Origin: an uncultured Clostridia bacterium
GTDB taxonomy: Bacteria > Bacillota > Clostridia > Christensenellales > Borkfalkiaceae
Reading direction: 5' to 3'
Assembly (NCBI GenBank): GCA_934254815.1
Contig: CAKQME010000004.1
Span: forward strand, 45,984 to 109,983
DNA: 64,000 nt
Position numbers and translations under genes: made by a program. The stretch's first letter is position 1, and every line of letters begins with the position of its first letter. Below the pieces are notes generated by a model, which ran no database searches, was not told the DNA's origin, and saw only the letters and a program-made list of their open reading frames with translations. Below, in pieces: positions 1 to 9,191 of the stretch.

Positions 1-492
1 GACCCTGATTGCGACCTTAAAGTGTTCTTCCCCGCGATCGAGGGCGCGAAGACCGACGCAAACGGCAATCCCGTAATAATTAACGTAGCCGATTCTACAA
101 AATGCGACTTTATGTTTATCCCGTCGGCAAGCAAGGTTAAAGATTATGCCAAAAAATTCCTTGTCTGGATTTCTAATCGCGATTGCGCGAGCGCGTATAT
201 AAGATATACCGGCGGCGGTTCGCCCTATGCGTATAACGAAGAATCGTTAGGAGATATTCCTACGTTGCTTCGCTCGGTACTCGATATGGGTAAACAGTCT
301 AACTTCAAGGTCGTCGATATTTCTACCGACAACCCGATAACGAACATCGGCAAGATTACGATGTGGCCTGCCGGCGAGCCTTATACCTCGATGGTTCTCA
401 ACAATACTTCTCCTGCGGCAACCATAAGCGCGCAATATAATTTCGTTCGTGAAAAATGGACGGAGTGGGAGAAAGCTGCGGGGCTTAAATAA
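1..492 (+). CDS. ABC transporter extracellular solute-binding protein, C-terminal part (5' end lies outside the window)
   Basis: The frame is open from nt 1 and continuous with listed ORF 22..492. It is followed 2 nt later by two MalF/MalG-type permease genes. The assignment rests mainly on operon context plus the length and composition of the tail. Confidence 0.55.
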   Translation, partial: DPDCDLKVFFPAIEGAKTDANGNPVIINVADSTKCDFMFIPSASKVKDYAKKFLVWISNRDCASAYIRYTGGGSPYAYNEESLGDIPTLLRSVLDMGKQSNFKVVDISTDNPITNIGKITMWPAGEPYTSMVLNNTSPAATISAQYNFVREKWTEWEKAAGLK

Positions 493-494
493 GT

Positions 495-1469
495 ATGACT
501 TCCGTATTCAATCAAACTAACGAAGAAATTCAGGAGTCGCTTAAAAGAGGCAGGAAAAAGCGGAAAATAAAACGGGCGATATTTATTATATCTATGATGA
601 TTATTCCCGTAATACAGTTTCTGATATTTTACGTCTATATCAACCTAAACAGTTTTCCGCTTGCATTTCAAAGCAAAAACGTCTATTTCAACAAGGTTGA
701 ATGGGTGGGCTGGCAGAACTTTCGGAAAGTATTCAGAGAGATAAAGAACAACGGCGAAACGGGGACTCTCGGCAGGGCGATATTCAACTCGATTCTGTAT
801 TTCGTGTTCAATACGCTCATAATGACTCCGCTCACCATTCTTCTGGCGTTCTTCTTCTGGAAGAAGATGCCGGGGTATAAGATTTACAGGTTTACTTTCC
901 TGTTGCCGAGCCTTATGCCGGGCGTAGTTCTGCCGATGTTGTTCAGCTTTATGCTCGACTCTTCCACGGGTGTGCTTACTCCGCTTTTTAGAGCTTTGGG
1001 CTTGGGAAAACTGGTACCCGCAAACGGCTGGCTCGGAACTTACGAGACCGCGCAGGCAATGATTATATTCTATTTGTTCTGGTCTGGTTGCGGAGTAAGC
1101 ATAATGCTTATGAGCGGAAATATAAACCGTTTGCCGACGGAAGTGTTCGAAAGCGCGAGATTAGACGGCGTAAACCTTTTTCAGGAACTCTGGTTTCTGG
1201 TAATACCTATGATATTGCCGCTCTTTTCGATAATGATAATATCGGGCGTAAATACCATACTCGGTATCTACCTGCCGCCTATGTTATTGACGAAAGGCGG
1301 ACCCGGAGGGTCGACTAAGACTATCGCGTATCTCATAATGGATTGGACGACTCAGGGCGAGGAGGGCGTTGCCGCGGCGGCGGGCTTGCTGTTCAGCTGT
1401 ATAGCGATACCGCTGGTGTTCGGGCTTAAAGCCGTTCTCGAAAAAATCACTCCGGAGGTGGAATATTGA
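495..1469 (+). CDS. Sugar ABC transporter permease (MalF/LplB-like)
   Basis: Six predicted TM helices. It has the EAA-type permease loop 'ESARLDGVNLFQELWFLVIPMILP', and its basic N-terminus followed by a TM helix is typical of LplB-type permeases. Confidence 0.85.
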   Translation: MTSVFNQTNEEIQESLKRGRKKRKIKRAIFIISMMIIPVIQFLIFYVYINLNSFPLAFQSKNVYFNKVEWVGWQNFRKVFREIKNNGETGTLGRAIFNSILYFVFNTLIMTPLTILLAFFFWKKMPGYKIYRFTFLLPSLMPGVVLPMLFSFMLDSSTGVLTPLFRALGLGKLVPANGWLGTYETAQAMIIFYLFWSGCGVSIMLMSGNINRLPTEVFESARLDGVNLFQELWFLVIPMILPLFSIMIISGVNTILGIYLPPMLLTKGGPGGSTKTIAYLIMDWTTQGEEGVAAAAGLLFSCIAIPLVFGLKAVLEKITPEVEY

Positions 1470-2389
1470 TTACCGATAAAAAGACTTTAAGAAAAGTCAG
1501 ACGGCTTGAAAATAAAATGGAAAAGCGTTCGGTAGGCGAAACGATATTTCTGTGGGTGCTTTGCGTGCTGTTCGCAATCTATACGATATCGCTGTTTTAT
1601 CCGCTCTATTGGTCGATTATCAATTCATTAAAGACAACCCGCGAATTTTTCAAATCGCCTTACGCGTTGCCGGGGCAGTATATCGACGGCGAACAGTTCC
1701 ACGTCACGCTCGAAAACTTCAAAGAGGCGTTGCAGGTAAAGGTGGGTAAGTCGAATCTGATACAGATGTTCGGCAACAGCCTTATCATAACTTTCGCCGC
1801 GCTGTTTATCGCGCTTACGGAATGTACTATGACGGGTTACGTCCTTTCAATGTATAAATTCCCCGGAAGCAAAGCGATATATAACTTTATGATTCTTATA
1901 ACGATGATACCGCTTGCGGGGTCTACTCCGTCGCTGTATAAGTTCTATTGTCAGACGGGGCTTTACGATACGCGAATAGGCGTAATACTGCTCTATACGG
2001 GCGGTTTCGGTTATCCGTTCATGTTGTTGTATAACTTCTTTTTAGGCGTGTCGTGGTCATACGGCGAGGCTGCTATGATAGACGGAGCTTCCGACTGGGG
2101 CGTGTTTTTCAGAATAATGATGCCGCAGGCTCTCGGAATGGAACTCGCTATAGGCGTAATGTCGTTTATGGGTATTTACGGCGATTATACCAACCCGTAT
2201 CTGTTTCTGAAAAGCCACCCGACGTTGTCGGTAGGTATCACTTCGCTTAGCGACAGATTGCAGGGGCAGGGCAGATATCCCGCGGCTTTCGCGGCTATGC
2301 TCGTATCGTGCGTGCCGACCTGGATATTCTATATCGTCACGAACAAAAAAATGTACGGTCTTAAAATAGACACGGGAATTAAAGGATAA
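1466..2389 (+). CDS. Sugar ABC transporter permease (MalG/LplC-like)
   Basis: EAA loop 'EAAMIDGASDWGVFFRIMMPQA' and multiple TM helices. The TTG start overlaps the upstream stop by 4 nt and is preceded by GGAGG (1455-1459). Confidence 0.85.
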   Translation: MITDKKTLRKVRRLENKMEKRSVGETIFLWVLCVLFAIYTISLFYPLYWSIINSLKTTREFFKSPYALPGQYIDGEQFHVTLENFKEALQVKVGKSNLIQMFGNSLIITFAALFIALTECTMTGYVLSMYKFPGSKAIYNFMILITMIPLAGSTPSLYKFYCQTGLYDTRIGVILLYTGGFGYPFMLLYNFFLGVSWSYGEAAMIDGASDWGVFFRIMMPQALGMELAIGVMSFMGIYGDYTNPYLFLKSHPTLSVGITSLSDRLQGQGRYPAAFAAMLVSCVPTWIFYIVTNKKMYGLKIDTGIKG

Positions 2390-2405
2390 AAATAAAAGGA
2401 AAAAG

Positions 2406-3785
2406 ATGATGAACAAATTTTTAAAAACCGGGGTCGCAGCGGTGCTTCTTGCGGCAAGTATAACGTGCGCGGCTTGCGCGGGAGGAAATTCTAAAGTGGT
2501 AAAGGGAATGCCGGATTATTCGGCGGACGAAAATGTTAAAGAGTTTATGCTGGGCGGCTATTGCGCTCCGCATAGCGGGATTTTCAATAACGGCGTAGAC
2601 GACGATTACGTTACGGAAGCCGCTTATAAACAAATGCGCGAAGCGGGGCTTGACTACATACTTACGCTTTACGACGTGTATTCTCCGAGCGACCCGTCGC
2701 AGATACTCAAACACCTCGATTACGCCGAAAAGGCGGGCGTAAAAGTGCTTGTCCGCTGGGATAGTATCGCGGGTATGGGCAGCTCTACCGTAGAAGAAAT
2801 GGAAGCGGCTTTAAAGCCTATCAAGGATCATCCCGCGTTCTGGGGTATCTTTGCGAAAGACGAACCGTCTGCGTCCTGGTTCAACGACCTCGGAAGCGCG
2901 TGCGAAGTCTATAAAAAGGTTTGCCCCGATAAATATTATTACGTCAACCTGTTCCCCAACTATGCAAACATCGAGCAGCTCGGAACGGACAATTACAGAA
3001 AATACGTCAATCTTTACTGCAATAAAGTCGATAACGGAATGATAATAGAGGATCACTATCCGTTCGGACATATTCAGGGTTCCGATAAATACGACGTAAA
3101 CTCCGCATATCTTTCAAACCTCGAAGTTATTCAGAAATACGCCAGATATTATAAGCGCGAACATTGGGAATACATTCAGGGCGAGACCTGCGGCAACGGT
3201 TTTAAAACGCCCGATTATTACGATATGCGTTTCCAGATTTATACGAGCATGTGTTACGGCGTAATCAATATGCAGTATTTCTGCTATTTCTCCCCGTTTG
3301 CTGGCATGATAGGCGAAACGGCTGCGTTTATCGACTGCGAGGGCAACCCCACCGATATCTATTACGGCGGACAGAAAATCAACGCTGAAATACATAAGTT
3401 CGATCACGTTTACCTTAACTACGTCGATAATTACGTCGGAGTTATGACCAAAATCGGCAGCAAGAACGAAAAAGGCGCGCAACCCGCGTTCGAGGGGCTG
3501 ACAGAAACAATAAGTTCGCACGAGAGAATTGCGAGTTTCGAAGCCGAACAAGACGCGATTATAGGCGCGTATAAAGACAAAGACGGTCGCGACGGATTTA
3601 TGGTCTGCAACTATACCGTACCGGCATACAGAATCAAAAATAAAGTATCTTTCAAATTTAATGATTGCGACGGCGTTATTTACTATCGCGAGGGCGAGTA
3701 TAACTTCGTCGAAGCTAAAAAAGGCGCGTTCGAGATCGAACTCGACGCAGGCGAGGGAATATTCGTTATACCCGTAAAGAGATAA
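2406..3785 (+). CDS. Lipoprotein, putative TIM-barrel (clan GH-A-like) glycoside hydrolase
   Basis: Lipobox-type signal 'LLAASITCAACAGG'. The 'GIFAKDEP' strand resembles the GH-A 'NEP' acid/base motif, and the gene sits in a glycan-utilisation operon. The family could not be assigned by eye. Confidence 0.4.
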   Translation: MMNKFLKTGVAAVLLAASITCAACAGGNSKVVKGMPDYSADENVKEFMLGGYCAPHSGIFNNGVDDDYVTEAAYKQMREAGLDYILTLYDVYSPSDPSQILKHLDYAEKAGVKVLVRWDSIAGMGSSTVEEMEAALKPIKDHPAFWGIFAKDEPSASWFNDLGSACEVYKKVCPDKYYYVNLFPNYANIEQLGTDNYRKYVNLYCNKVDNGMIIEDHYPFGHIQGSDKYDVNSAYLSNLEVIQKYARYYKREHWEYIQGETCGNGFKTPDYYDMRFQIYTSMCYGVINMQYFCYFSPFAGMIGETAAFIDCEGNPTDIYYGGQKINAEIHKFDHVYLNYVDNYVGVMTKIGSKNEKGAQPAFEGLTETISSHERIASFEAEQDAIIGAYKDKDGRDGFMVCNYTVPAYRIKNKVSFKFNDCDGVIYYREGEYNFVEAKKGAFEIELDAGEGIFVIPVKR

Positions 3786-3793
3786 GGAGATAA

Positions 3794-6142
3794 ATGATGA
3801 AAAAAATAAACGTATTGTTTGCAGGCGCGCTGGCATTGACGGTTGCGTTGGGCGTGTGTTTCGGCGGAACGACCGCCAAGAAAGCGGACGCGGCAAGCCT
3901 CAAAACCAACATCTTCAACGAGATGCTCGAAGAGGATAATTTAGAAGATAACAACAAGTGGATAACGCTTAAAAAAGACTCTGCTATCGACGTTAAAAAC
4001 ATAGGTAAAGAAAATCTGCATTATACCGCCGACGCGACGGCTAATATGATAGTTTTACAGCAGAACGAAAAAATCACTCTCGGCAAAAATCAGTACGTCG
4101 AGTATACCGTCACCTTTGAGGGAATGATTTCTGCGGCTGTTATAGATTTTGCTTTCGTCTCGGATAAACTTGCCGAAAATTCTACGCTCGATGACGTAGA
4201 CGGCGTATCGTTTTACGCCAACCCCGCATGGATGCAAGGTTGCCTTAACACTCATTCCGATATTAAATTAGGCGGCGGCTGGGGCAATACCGGCGAAGCC
4301 AATACGGTTATGGGGTTGCAGTGGGTCAACGGTAACGCGGCGTTAGGTTCGAGAAACCCCTCAAGCGGCAAATACGCGTGGAAAATTCGCGTATATGACG
4401 ACGGAACGACTTTCTATTACATTGCCGACGCGTATTCGGATAACTGGTTTATGACCGCGGTGGTCGGCTATTTGCCTGTACCTAACAGCGGTTGGGAGAA
4501 AGTCGCGGGCTTCGAACCCGTAAAAGAGGGCTATCCGACAATCAGGGTAAGAAACGCTTCCGAAATATTTATCGGGCAGGCTGAAACGGGAGTTTACGAT
4601 TATACCGAACAGATGTCCGCCGCGGGCTCGGTGGACGGTACGCTAAACGGCAACAAGATTATCGATAAAATAGATAATGCGGAAAACGCGGTATTCAAAC
4701 CCGTGACGGGCGGTATAGGTATGAAATCCGCCTTGAAAGCGATAGCTGTTGAAAACTGCGCCGCCGACGATTTGCTCGTAAAAAAGACCAAACTCAGCGC
4801 GCCCGCCAATTCGTACGCGACAAAAGTTTACGAACTCGAAAACGAACTCGTGGTTGATACTACCGGAACGGCTGAAGCGGTTATGTATATAGGTTCGTCG
4901 TCTCAGAAAGATTTCTCCGACGCGACGGCGCTCCGTTTCACTTCGAATAACGGCAGACTTACGCTTACCGTCGACGGCAAAGCTGCCGAACTCGACGCGT
5001 ATAACGGCGATAAATTCGTAATGACTATCGTCACCGACGGCAGTTGGAATAACGACGTTTACGTCGGCGGCAAAAAGGCGTTGTCTTTCGAAAAGAATAT
5101 TTCCGATAAGTATATCGCGTTCGGCACTAAAGGCGTAAACGCCGACAATAAGGCGATTATCGGCGTATGCGGCGCGGCTTATAAACGTTACGATTATCAA
5201 CAGGGTAAAGGCGGAGATTTCACCGAAACTTTTGATAACGGCAAATATAATAAAGCCAATATGGCGTTTGCATACAGAGTGGAAGATTTGCAGAACTATA
5301 TGTACGCCGATAAAGCCAACGGCAGACTAACTATAGCAAACGTCGGTTACACTGGCGTAATTTCCACAAAGCAGGCTTACGGCGATTTCGATTTCACTTT
5401 CGAAATAGCGACGCTCGACACTACTAAACTCGACGACGGTTCCGAAGCTCCTTGTAACTTTATGATAAGCTGGGGCAGAGCGGCTGCCGAGTCCGATTAC
5501 GCTTCCGGCGGTTGCGGCGCATATCTCGTATGGGGTAACGACCTTAACATTATGGGCAATAAAGACGTGACGTATGCCGAGGGTTACGGCGCGTGGTGCA
5601 ATTTCGACATGCCTACCGATAAAACGGACGAAGCGGGCAACCCGCTCGGCAGATCGAACAGTCTTTGGGATTATAACTTTTCCGAGGGCAACCTTGTGTT
5701 CAGAACGATAAAGAAAGATCATCGCGTCGAGATTTATCTGTACACGGCGGAAAGCGAAGAAAACGCTCAGTCGAGAACAAAACCCGTCTGCGTGCTTGAA
5801 AACGATTATTCTTACGGTTACGTCGGTATCTGCGGCGTTCCCACCGGTAAGCCGATGTCGATGCAACTCGATTCTTTCTCGATAAAGAATCTTGACGAAC
5901 ATAAAGCGGATAAATTGATCGTCGGTACCGACGCGGATATTACCGATCTCGACTTCACGCCCGATAATAGCGACGACGATATCAAAGACCCGTTCGAAGA
6001 TGAAAGTAAAAACAGCGGAAGCTCCGAAGAATCGAAAAACTCGTCGTCCTGTAAAGGCGGAGTCGAACTTCCCGTACTTCTCATGTGCGTATTCGGCGGC
6101 ATGACATTAACGTATGCGTTGAAACGCAGAAAAAAACAATAA
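3794..6142 (+). CDS. Cell-surface protein (782 aa) with signal peptide, lectin/ConA-like regions and a C-terminal TM anchor
   Basis: N-terminal signal peptide ending 'KKADA'. It carries a domain paralogous to two domains of the next gene ('YANPAW...GWGN...QWVNGNAALG...RVYDDGT..YY'). The Ser/Asp-rich linker is followed by 'CKGG', a TM helix and 'KRRKKQ'. RBS AAGGAG; ATG at 3794 or 3797. Confidence 0.8.
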   Translation: MMKKINVLFAGALALTVALGVCFGGTTAKKADAASLKTNIFNEMLEEDNLEDNNKWITLKKDSAIDVKNIGKENLHYTADATANMIVLQQNEKITLGKNQYVEYTVTFEGMISAAVIDFAFVSDKLAENSTLDDVDGVSFYANPAWMQGCLNTHSDIKLGGGWGNTGEANTVMGLQWVNGNAALGSRNPSSGKYAWKIRVYDDGTTFYYIADAYSDNWFMTAVVGYLPVPNSGWEKVAGFEPVKEGYPTIRVRNASEIFIGQAETGVYDYTEQMSAAGSVDGTLNGNKIIDKIDNAENAVFKPVTGGIGMKSALKAIAVENCAADDLLVKKTKLSAPANSYATKVYELENELVVDTTGTAEAVMYIGSSSQKDFSDATALRFTSNNGRLTLTVDGKAAELDAYNGDKFVMTIVTDGSWNNDVYVGGKKALSFEKNISDKYIAFGTKGVNADNKAIIGVCGAAYKRYDYQQGKGGDFTETFDNGKYNKANMAFAYRVEDLQNYMYADKANGRLTIANVGYTGVISTKQAYGDFDFTFEIATLDTTKLDDGSEAPCNFMISWGRAAAESDYASGGCGAYLVWGNDLNIMGNKDVTYAEGYGAWCNFDMPTDKTDEAGNPLGRSNSLWDYNFSEGNLVFRTIKKDHRVEIYLYTAESEENAQSRTKPVCVLENDYSYGYVGICGVPTGKPMSMQLDSFSIKNLDEHKADKLIVGTDADITDLDFTPDNSDDDIKDPFEDESKNSGSSEESKNSSSCKGGVELPVLLMCVFGGMTLTYALKRRKKQ

Positions 6143-6360
6143 ACGGTTGACGACAGGATTGTTCTGTTGAGTTAATCGACGTCGTATTGTCTTGTTTATC
6201 GCGGCAAATTTTGTCGGGAAATTGATTTGCATACCCAAAATCCCGTTTTTCGGAATATGCGGTAAAAATCGCTTCTTGTAAACCGCTCAAGACAATACGC
6301 GTCGCAAACTCTCAATAATAATCCTTTCCGATAAAAAAACATATTATTCAGGAGGAAAAA

Positions 6361-9123
6361 ATGAAAGCAAAAAGTTGGTTAAGCAGAGTTTTAACCTTTG
6401 CGGCGGTCATCGCGCTGAGCGCGTCGGTGGTCTTGGGGGTAACGGGGGTGACGAACGTAAAAGCGGACGGCGATATCGCGACGACTAAAAAGTTGTCGGT
6501 TAAAAGCAACGCGACGAGCGGAGTAACCGCCGTTCAGGCGAATACCGCGCTAACTCTCGGAGAAAAACGTTACGCCGATACTATTATCGACTTCGTAAAT
6601 ATGCCCGAAAACGCCGTTATAGACCTTGCGTATGCTCCCGTTCGCACGAGAGTCGAAAGCGAAGTTCAGGGCGCGCTTACGGAAAGCCTTACTCTGTATG
6701 CAAACCCCGCGTGGCTTCGCGCAACGCTTAATTCGGCAACCGCTAAAACTCTGACGAGCGGATGGGGAAATGCAGGCGAAGTCGGCGCAGTCACGGGTAT
6801 ACAGTGGGTAAACGGAAACTCCGCGCTGGGCGCGTCCGACGTAGCCGAAACAAAGAGCTATCGTGTAAGATACCGTATGTACGACAACGGAACTATGGTG
6901 TGTTATTTTGCAAAAACAGGCGAAGTTAATTATTTCGCAAGCGCGATAGCGGGATATGTAATTAACGGAGGAGCCTGGGTTGCGGACGACGGCATGACCG
7001 TTGCGGAAAAAGTATTCCCGACGATAAGACTCAGAGAATGCGGCGAAGCTACGATAGCTTATTATGAAACCGCAGTGTACGAATATGAAAATTGCTGTAA
7101 CGGTTCGGACTTTCTCGACGGAGAACTTGTAGAGGGAACGAAATACGTCGAAACGTTCGACGAAAACACTTCGGAACTCCGTATTATTTCGGGAACGGCT
7201 AAAGTCGTGACGGCAACGCCCGAATACAAGACGATCGAGGAACACGCCGTAAACGGCGGACTTATAGACGAAACGGCTGTAAACGGCGCGAACTTTGTTC
7301 CTAACGATTGGGGTCAGGTAGTGGCTGTATACGGAGAAAAACTCAATCTTGCCAAAGGACAGTACGCCGAAGCTACTTTCGACCTTACGGGAGTCGCAGG
7401 TACCTGGATGGAGACGAAATTCTTAGCCGATAAACCTACCGACGCCGAAACTTTCGGCTTCGAACAAGGCGACGGAATGTTAGTCGTCAACGACGGAAGA
7501 GCCAGACTGTATTCGCAGAATACGACGTCCTGGTACGACGGTTGGGGCAACCGGAGAAATACAACGGAATATAGTTGGGTAAATTACGTCAACGGCAATG
7601 CTACGCTCGGTGTTGCGGCGGGCAGCGATTCGTTCAGATACAGAGTGAGAATTTACGACGACGGCACGGCTATATATTATTTTGCCGCCGCGGGTCAGGA
7701 AAACTGGTTCGCGTACGCTTACGTCGGTTGGCAACCGGGCGGGGCGTCATGGGTTAAAGGCGGTAACGGGTTTACTCCTGTAAATTCAGGCTATTTCGCG
7801 CTCGGTTTCAGAAATACTCCCGCGCCGAAACTTACGGCGTTCACGGCGGGCGTTTATAACTATGACGCGGCTGCGGGCGATGCGGCTGGTACTCTTGCGG
7901 GCGAGCTTTATACCGAAAAATTCGGCGCGAACAGTAAACTCGAAACGGTTGTCGGTCAGGGCAAAATTTACGACCTTTCTTCTGCGTTCAGCGCGAAAGC
8001 CGACGCCGATAAAATTACCTACGTTCAGGCGGATAAAAAAATACTCATAGATAATGCTGCGGATAACGGTTACGCTTATTCGAGATTCGTTCTCCCCGTA
8101 ACAGGTAAATCGGTATTGAATATGTTTACGTTAGAGATCCCCGAACTCACGGGCGCGGCGAAAGCCGTCATATATCTCGGAGCGGACGACGCTGCGTTGG
8201 CTAACGCCGCGAAGTTGACTTTCTCGCTCGGCACCGACGGAAAAATAGTCGTGTCCGACGGAACGAATACGGCGGTAACAGAGTTAAAGACGGGCGAAAA
8301 GTTCACTCTTTCTGTCGTCGGTGATGCCGAAAACAAAATTCTTATTAACGACAAAGAAGTCGAGGGGCTTAGCCTCGGAGCCGTTGCGGGTAAATATTTC
8401 GCAATCGGCTTAAACGGAGTAACTGCAGGCGATAAGGCGAAAATCGCATATTACGGTCTGACTTGTAAGGGTTACGTCGAAATTGTTTCCGAAAGCGATT
8501 TCGCGCCCGCTATCAAACCCTATCCCGTAAAACTCGCCGCGCCCGTCGTTACGATAGACGAACAAGGCGTTGCAAGCTGGACAGCTATAGACGGCGCAAT
8601 CGGTTATAAATATGTTATCGATAAGGCTGAAGCCGTCGAAACGGATAAAACAAGCGTAACTCTCACCAAAAATCAGACTATAAAGGTTATGGCTCTCGGT
8701 AACGGCGACGATTATCTCAACGGCGATTATTCCGAAACCGCGACTTATACGATAGTTCCGAAAAAACTCGGCGCACCCGTCGTCACCATAGATGAAAACG
8801 GCGTTGCGAGCTGGAACGCGGTAGAGAACGCAAGCGGTTATAAGTATATCATAGATAACGCCGAAGCCGTTGCGACCGATAAAACCACCGTTACGCTTAC
8901 AGACGGTCAGACTATAAAGGTTATGGCTACGGGCGACGGCGAATACTTTGCCGACGGAGATTATTCCGAAGCTAAGAAATACGTCAAAGCAAGCGAGAGC
9001 AAGGATAACGGAAATTCCGATAAGAAAGGTTGTTTCGGTTCTGTAGGAAATACTTTCGGGGTCGTTTTGGCAACTCTCGCGCTCGGCGCTGTAGTTTCGG
9101 CGTTTAAGAAAAAACGCGGATAA
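6361..9123 (+). CDS. Cell-surface protein (920 aa) with two copies of the paralogous domain, two tandem Fn3-like modules and a C-terminal TM anchor
   Basis: Strong RBS (AGGAGG) and a signal peptide. It has duplicated 'GWGN..VNGN..LG...YR.R.YD.GT..YYF' domains and a 78-aa tandem repeat. The tail is 'KKGCFGS', a TM helix, then 'KKKRG'. Confidence 0.85.
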   Translation: MKAKSWLSRVLTFAAVIALSASVVLGVTGVTNVKADGDIATTKKLSVKSNATSGVTAVQANTALTLGEKRYADTIIDFVNMPENAVIDLAYAPVRTRVESEVQGALTESLTLYANPAWLRATLNSATAKTLTSGWGNAGEVGAVTGIQWVNGNSALGASDVAETKSYRVRYRMYDNGTMVCYFAKTGEVNYFASAIAGYVINGGAWVADDGMTVAEKVFPTIRLRECGEATIAYYETAVYEYENCCNGSDFLDGELVEGTKYVETFDENTSELRIISGTAKVVTATPEYKTIEEHAVNGGLIDETAVNGANFVPNDWGQVVAVYGEKLNLAKGQYAEATFDLTGVAGTWMETKFLADKPTDAETFGFEQGDGMLVVNDGRARLYSQNTTSWYDGWGNRRNTTEYSWVNYVNGNATLGVAAGSDSFRYRVRIYDDGTAIYYFAAAGQENWFAYAYVGWQPGGASWVKGGNGFTPVNSGYFALGFRNTPAPKLTAFTAGVYNYDAAAGDAAGTLAGELYTEKFGANSKLETVVGQGKIYDLSSAFSAKADADKITYVQADKKILIDNAADNGYAYSRFVLPVTGKSVLNMFTLEIPELTGAAKAVIYLGADDAALANAAKLTFSLGTDGKIVVSDGTNTAVTELKTGEKFTLSVVGDAENKILINDKEVEGLSLGAVAGKYFAIGLNGVTAGDKAKIAYYGLTCKGYVEIVSESDFAPAIKPYPVKLAAPVVTIDEQGVASWTAIDGAIGYKYVIDKAEAVETDKTSVTLTKNQTIKVMALGNGDDYLNGDYSETATYTIVPKKLGAPVVTIDENGVASWNAVENASGYKYIIDNAEAVATDKTTVTLTDGQTIKVMATGDGEYFADGDYSEAKKYVKASESKDNGNSDKKGCFGSVGNTFGVVLATLALGAVVSAFKKKRG
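8530..8997 (+). repeat. Tandem in-frame duplication, 2 x 234 nt (two Fn3-like 78-aa modules)
   Basis: 'KLAAPVVTIDEQGVASWTAIDGAIGYKYVIDKAEAVETDKTSVTL..' is repeated as 'KLGAPVVTIDENGVASWNAVENASGYKYIIDNAEAVATDKTTVTL..'. The period is 234 nt (8530 to 8764). Confidence 0.9.
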
Positions 9124-9172
9124 AAAATAAAAACGCCGCGGGCAAAAGCAAACCGCATTTTGCCGCGCGGCG
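9122..9172 (-). terminator. Rho-independent terminator of the ROK regulator gene, between convergent genes
   Basis: GC-rich imperfect hairpin cgccgcgggcaaaa / ttttgccgcgcggcg (9134-9172). Read on the minus strand it is followed by a T-tract (plus-strand A-tract 9122-9133). Confidence 0.65.
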
Positions 9173-9191
9173 AAAAAATAAAATTGTATCG

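Noticed and set aside
6044-9120. LPXTG sortase signals on the two surface proteins
   Set aside because: I looked for LPXTG and related pentapeptides ahead of the C-terminal helices and found none. The tails are reported instead as an unassigned tripartite signal.
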